Assembly (NCBI GenBank): GCA_020891255.1
Contig: BQFW01000007.1
Coordinates: 1,736,001-1,800,000 of the forward strand
Reading direction: 5' to 3'
DNA length: 64,000 nucleotides
Source of the DNA: Entomortierella parvispora E1425
Lineage: Eukaryota; Fungi; Mortierellomycota
In this document: piece after piece, positions 63,970 to 64,000 of the stretch
Layout: the number at the start of each line of letters is the position of its first letter
Position numbering within the stretch: the first letter of the stretch is position 1
Program-made: the position numbers and the translations under genes
The notes under the pieces: model-generated
What the model was told of the DNA's origin: nothing
The model's database searches: none
The model's input: only the letters and a program-made list of their open reading frames with translations

Positions 63970-64000
63970 GTAAGCGCAAAGTGAAGTTGAAAGGGCAAAT

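Overview
This is eukaryotic, intron-rich genomic DNA with GT-AG introns mostly about 70-150 nt long and CTAAC/CTGAC branch points. It is clearly fungal. An early-diverging lineage, probably Mortierellaceae, is inferred from the style of the F-box/LRR gene and the gene content (DASH subunit, NoxA, GT47, AIG1-type GTPase). I assembled about 24 protein-coding loci by hand from the ORF track plus splice sites. In order they are: cysteine synthase (3' part), PSD1, a GT47/exostosin glycosyltransferase, a stathmin-like repeat protein, an F-box/LRR protein, HIU hydrolase, RPS8, POP1, an AIG1-type GTPase, a C2H2 transcription factor, three tandem OPT transporters (the middle one frameshifted), two orphan low-complexity ORFs, an MFS relic, NoxA, cytochrome b5, VTI1, an extended SPC19, an aldo-keto reductase, a secreted His/Lys-rich peptide, a head-to-head pair of secreted C2-domain genes, ATE1, VPS26 and an M28 peptidase (5' part). 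I could not support any tRNA, rRNA, CRISPR array or intact transposon. The most unusual items are a four-repeat stathmin-like protein in a fungus, a 2.6-kb island of three intronless secreted-protein genes (two signal-peptide C2 domains and a prepro-like His/Lys-rich peptide), an SPC19 more than twice the usual length, and an OPT array showing a frameshift, patchy near-identity and intron gain or loss. All family assignments come from motifs recognised by eye, not from database searches.
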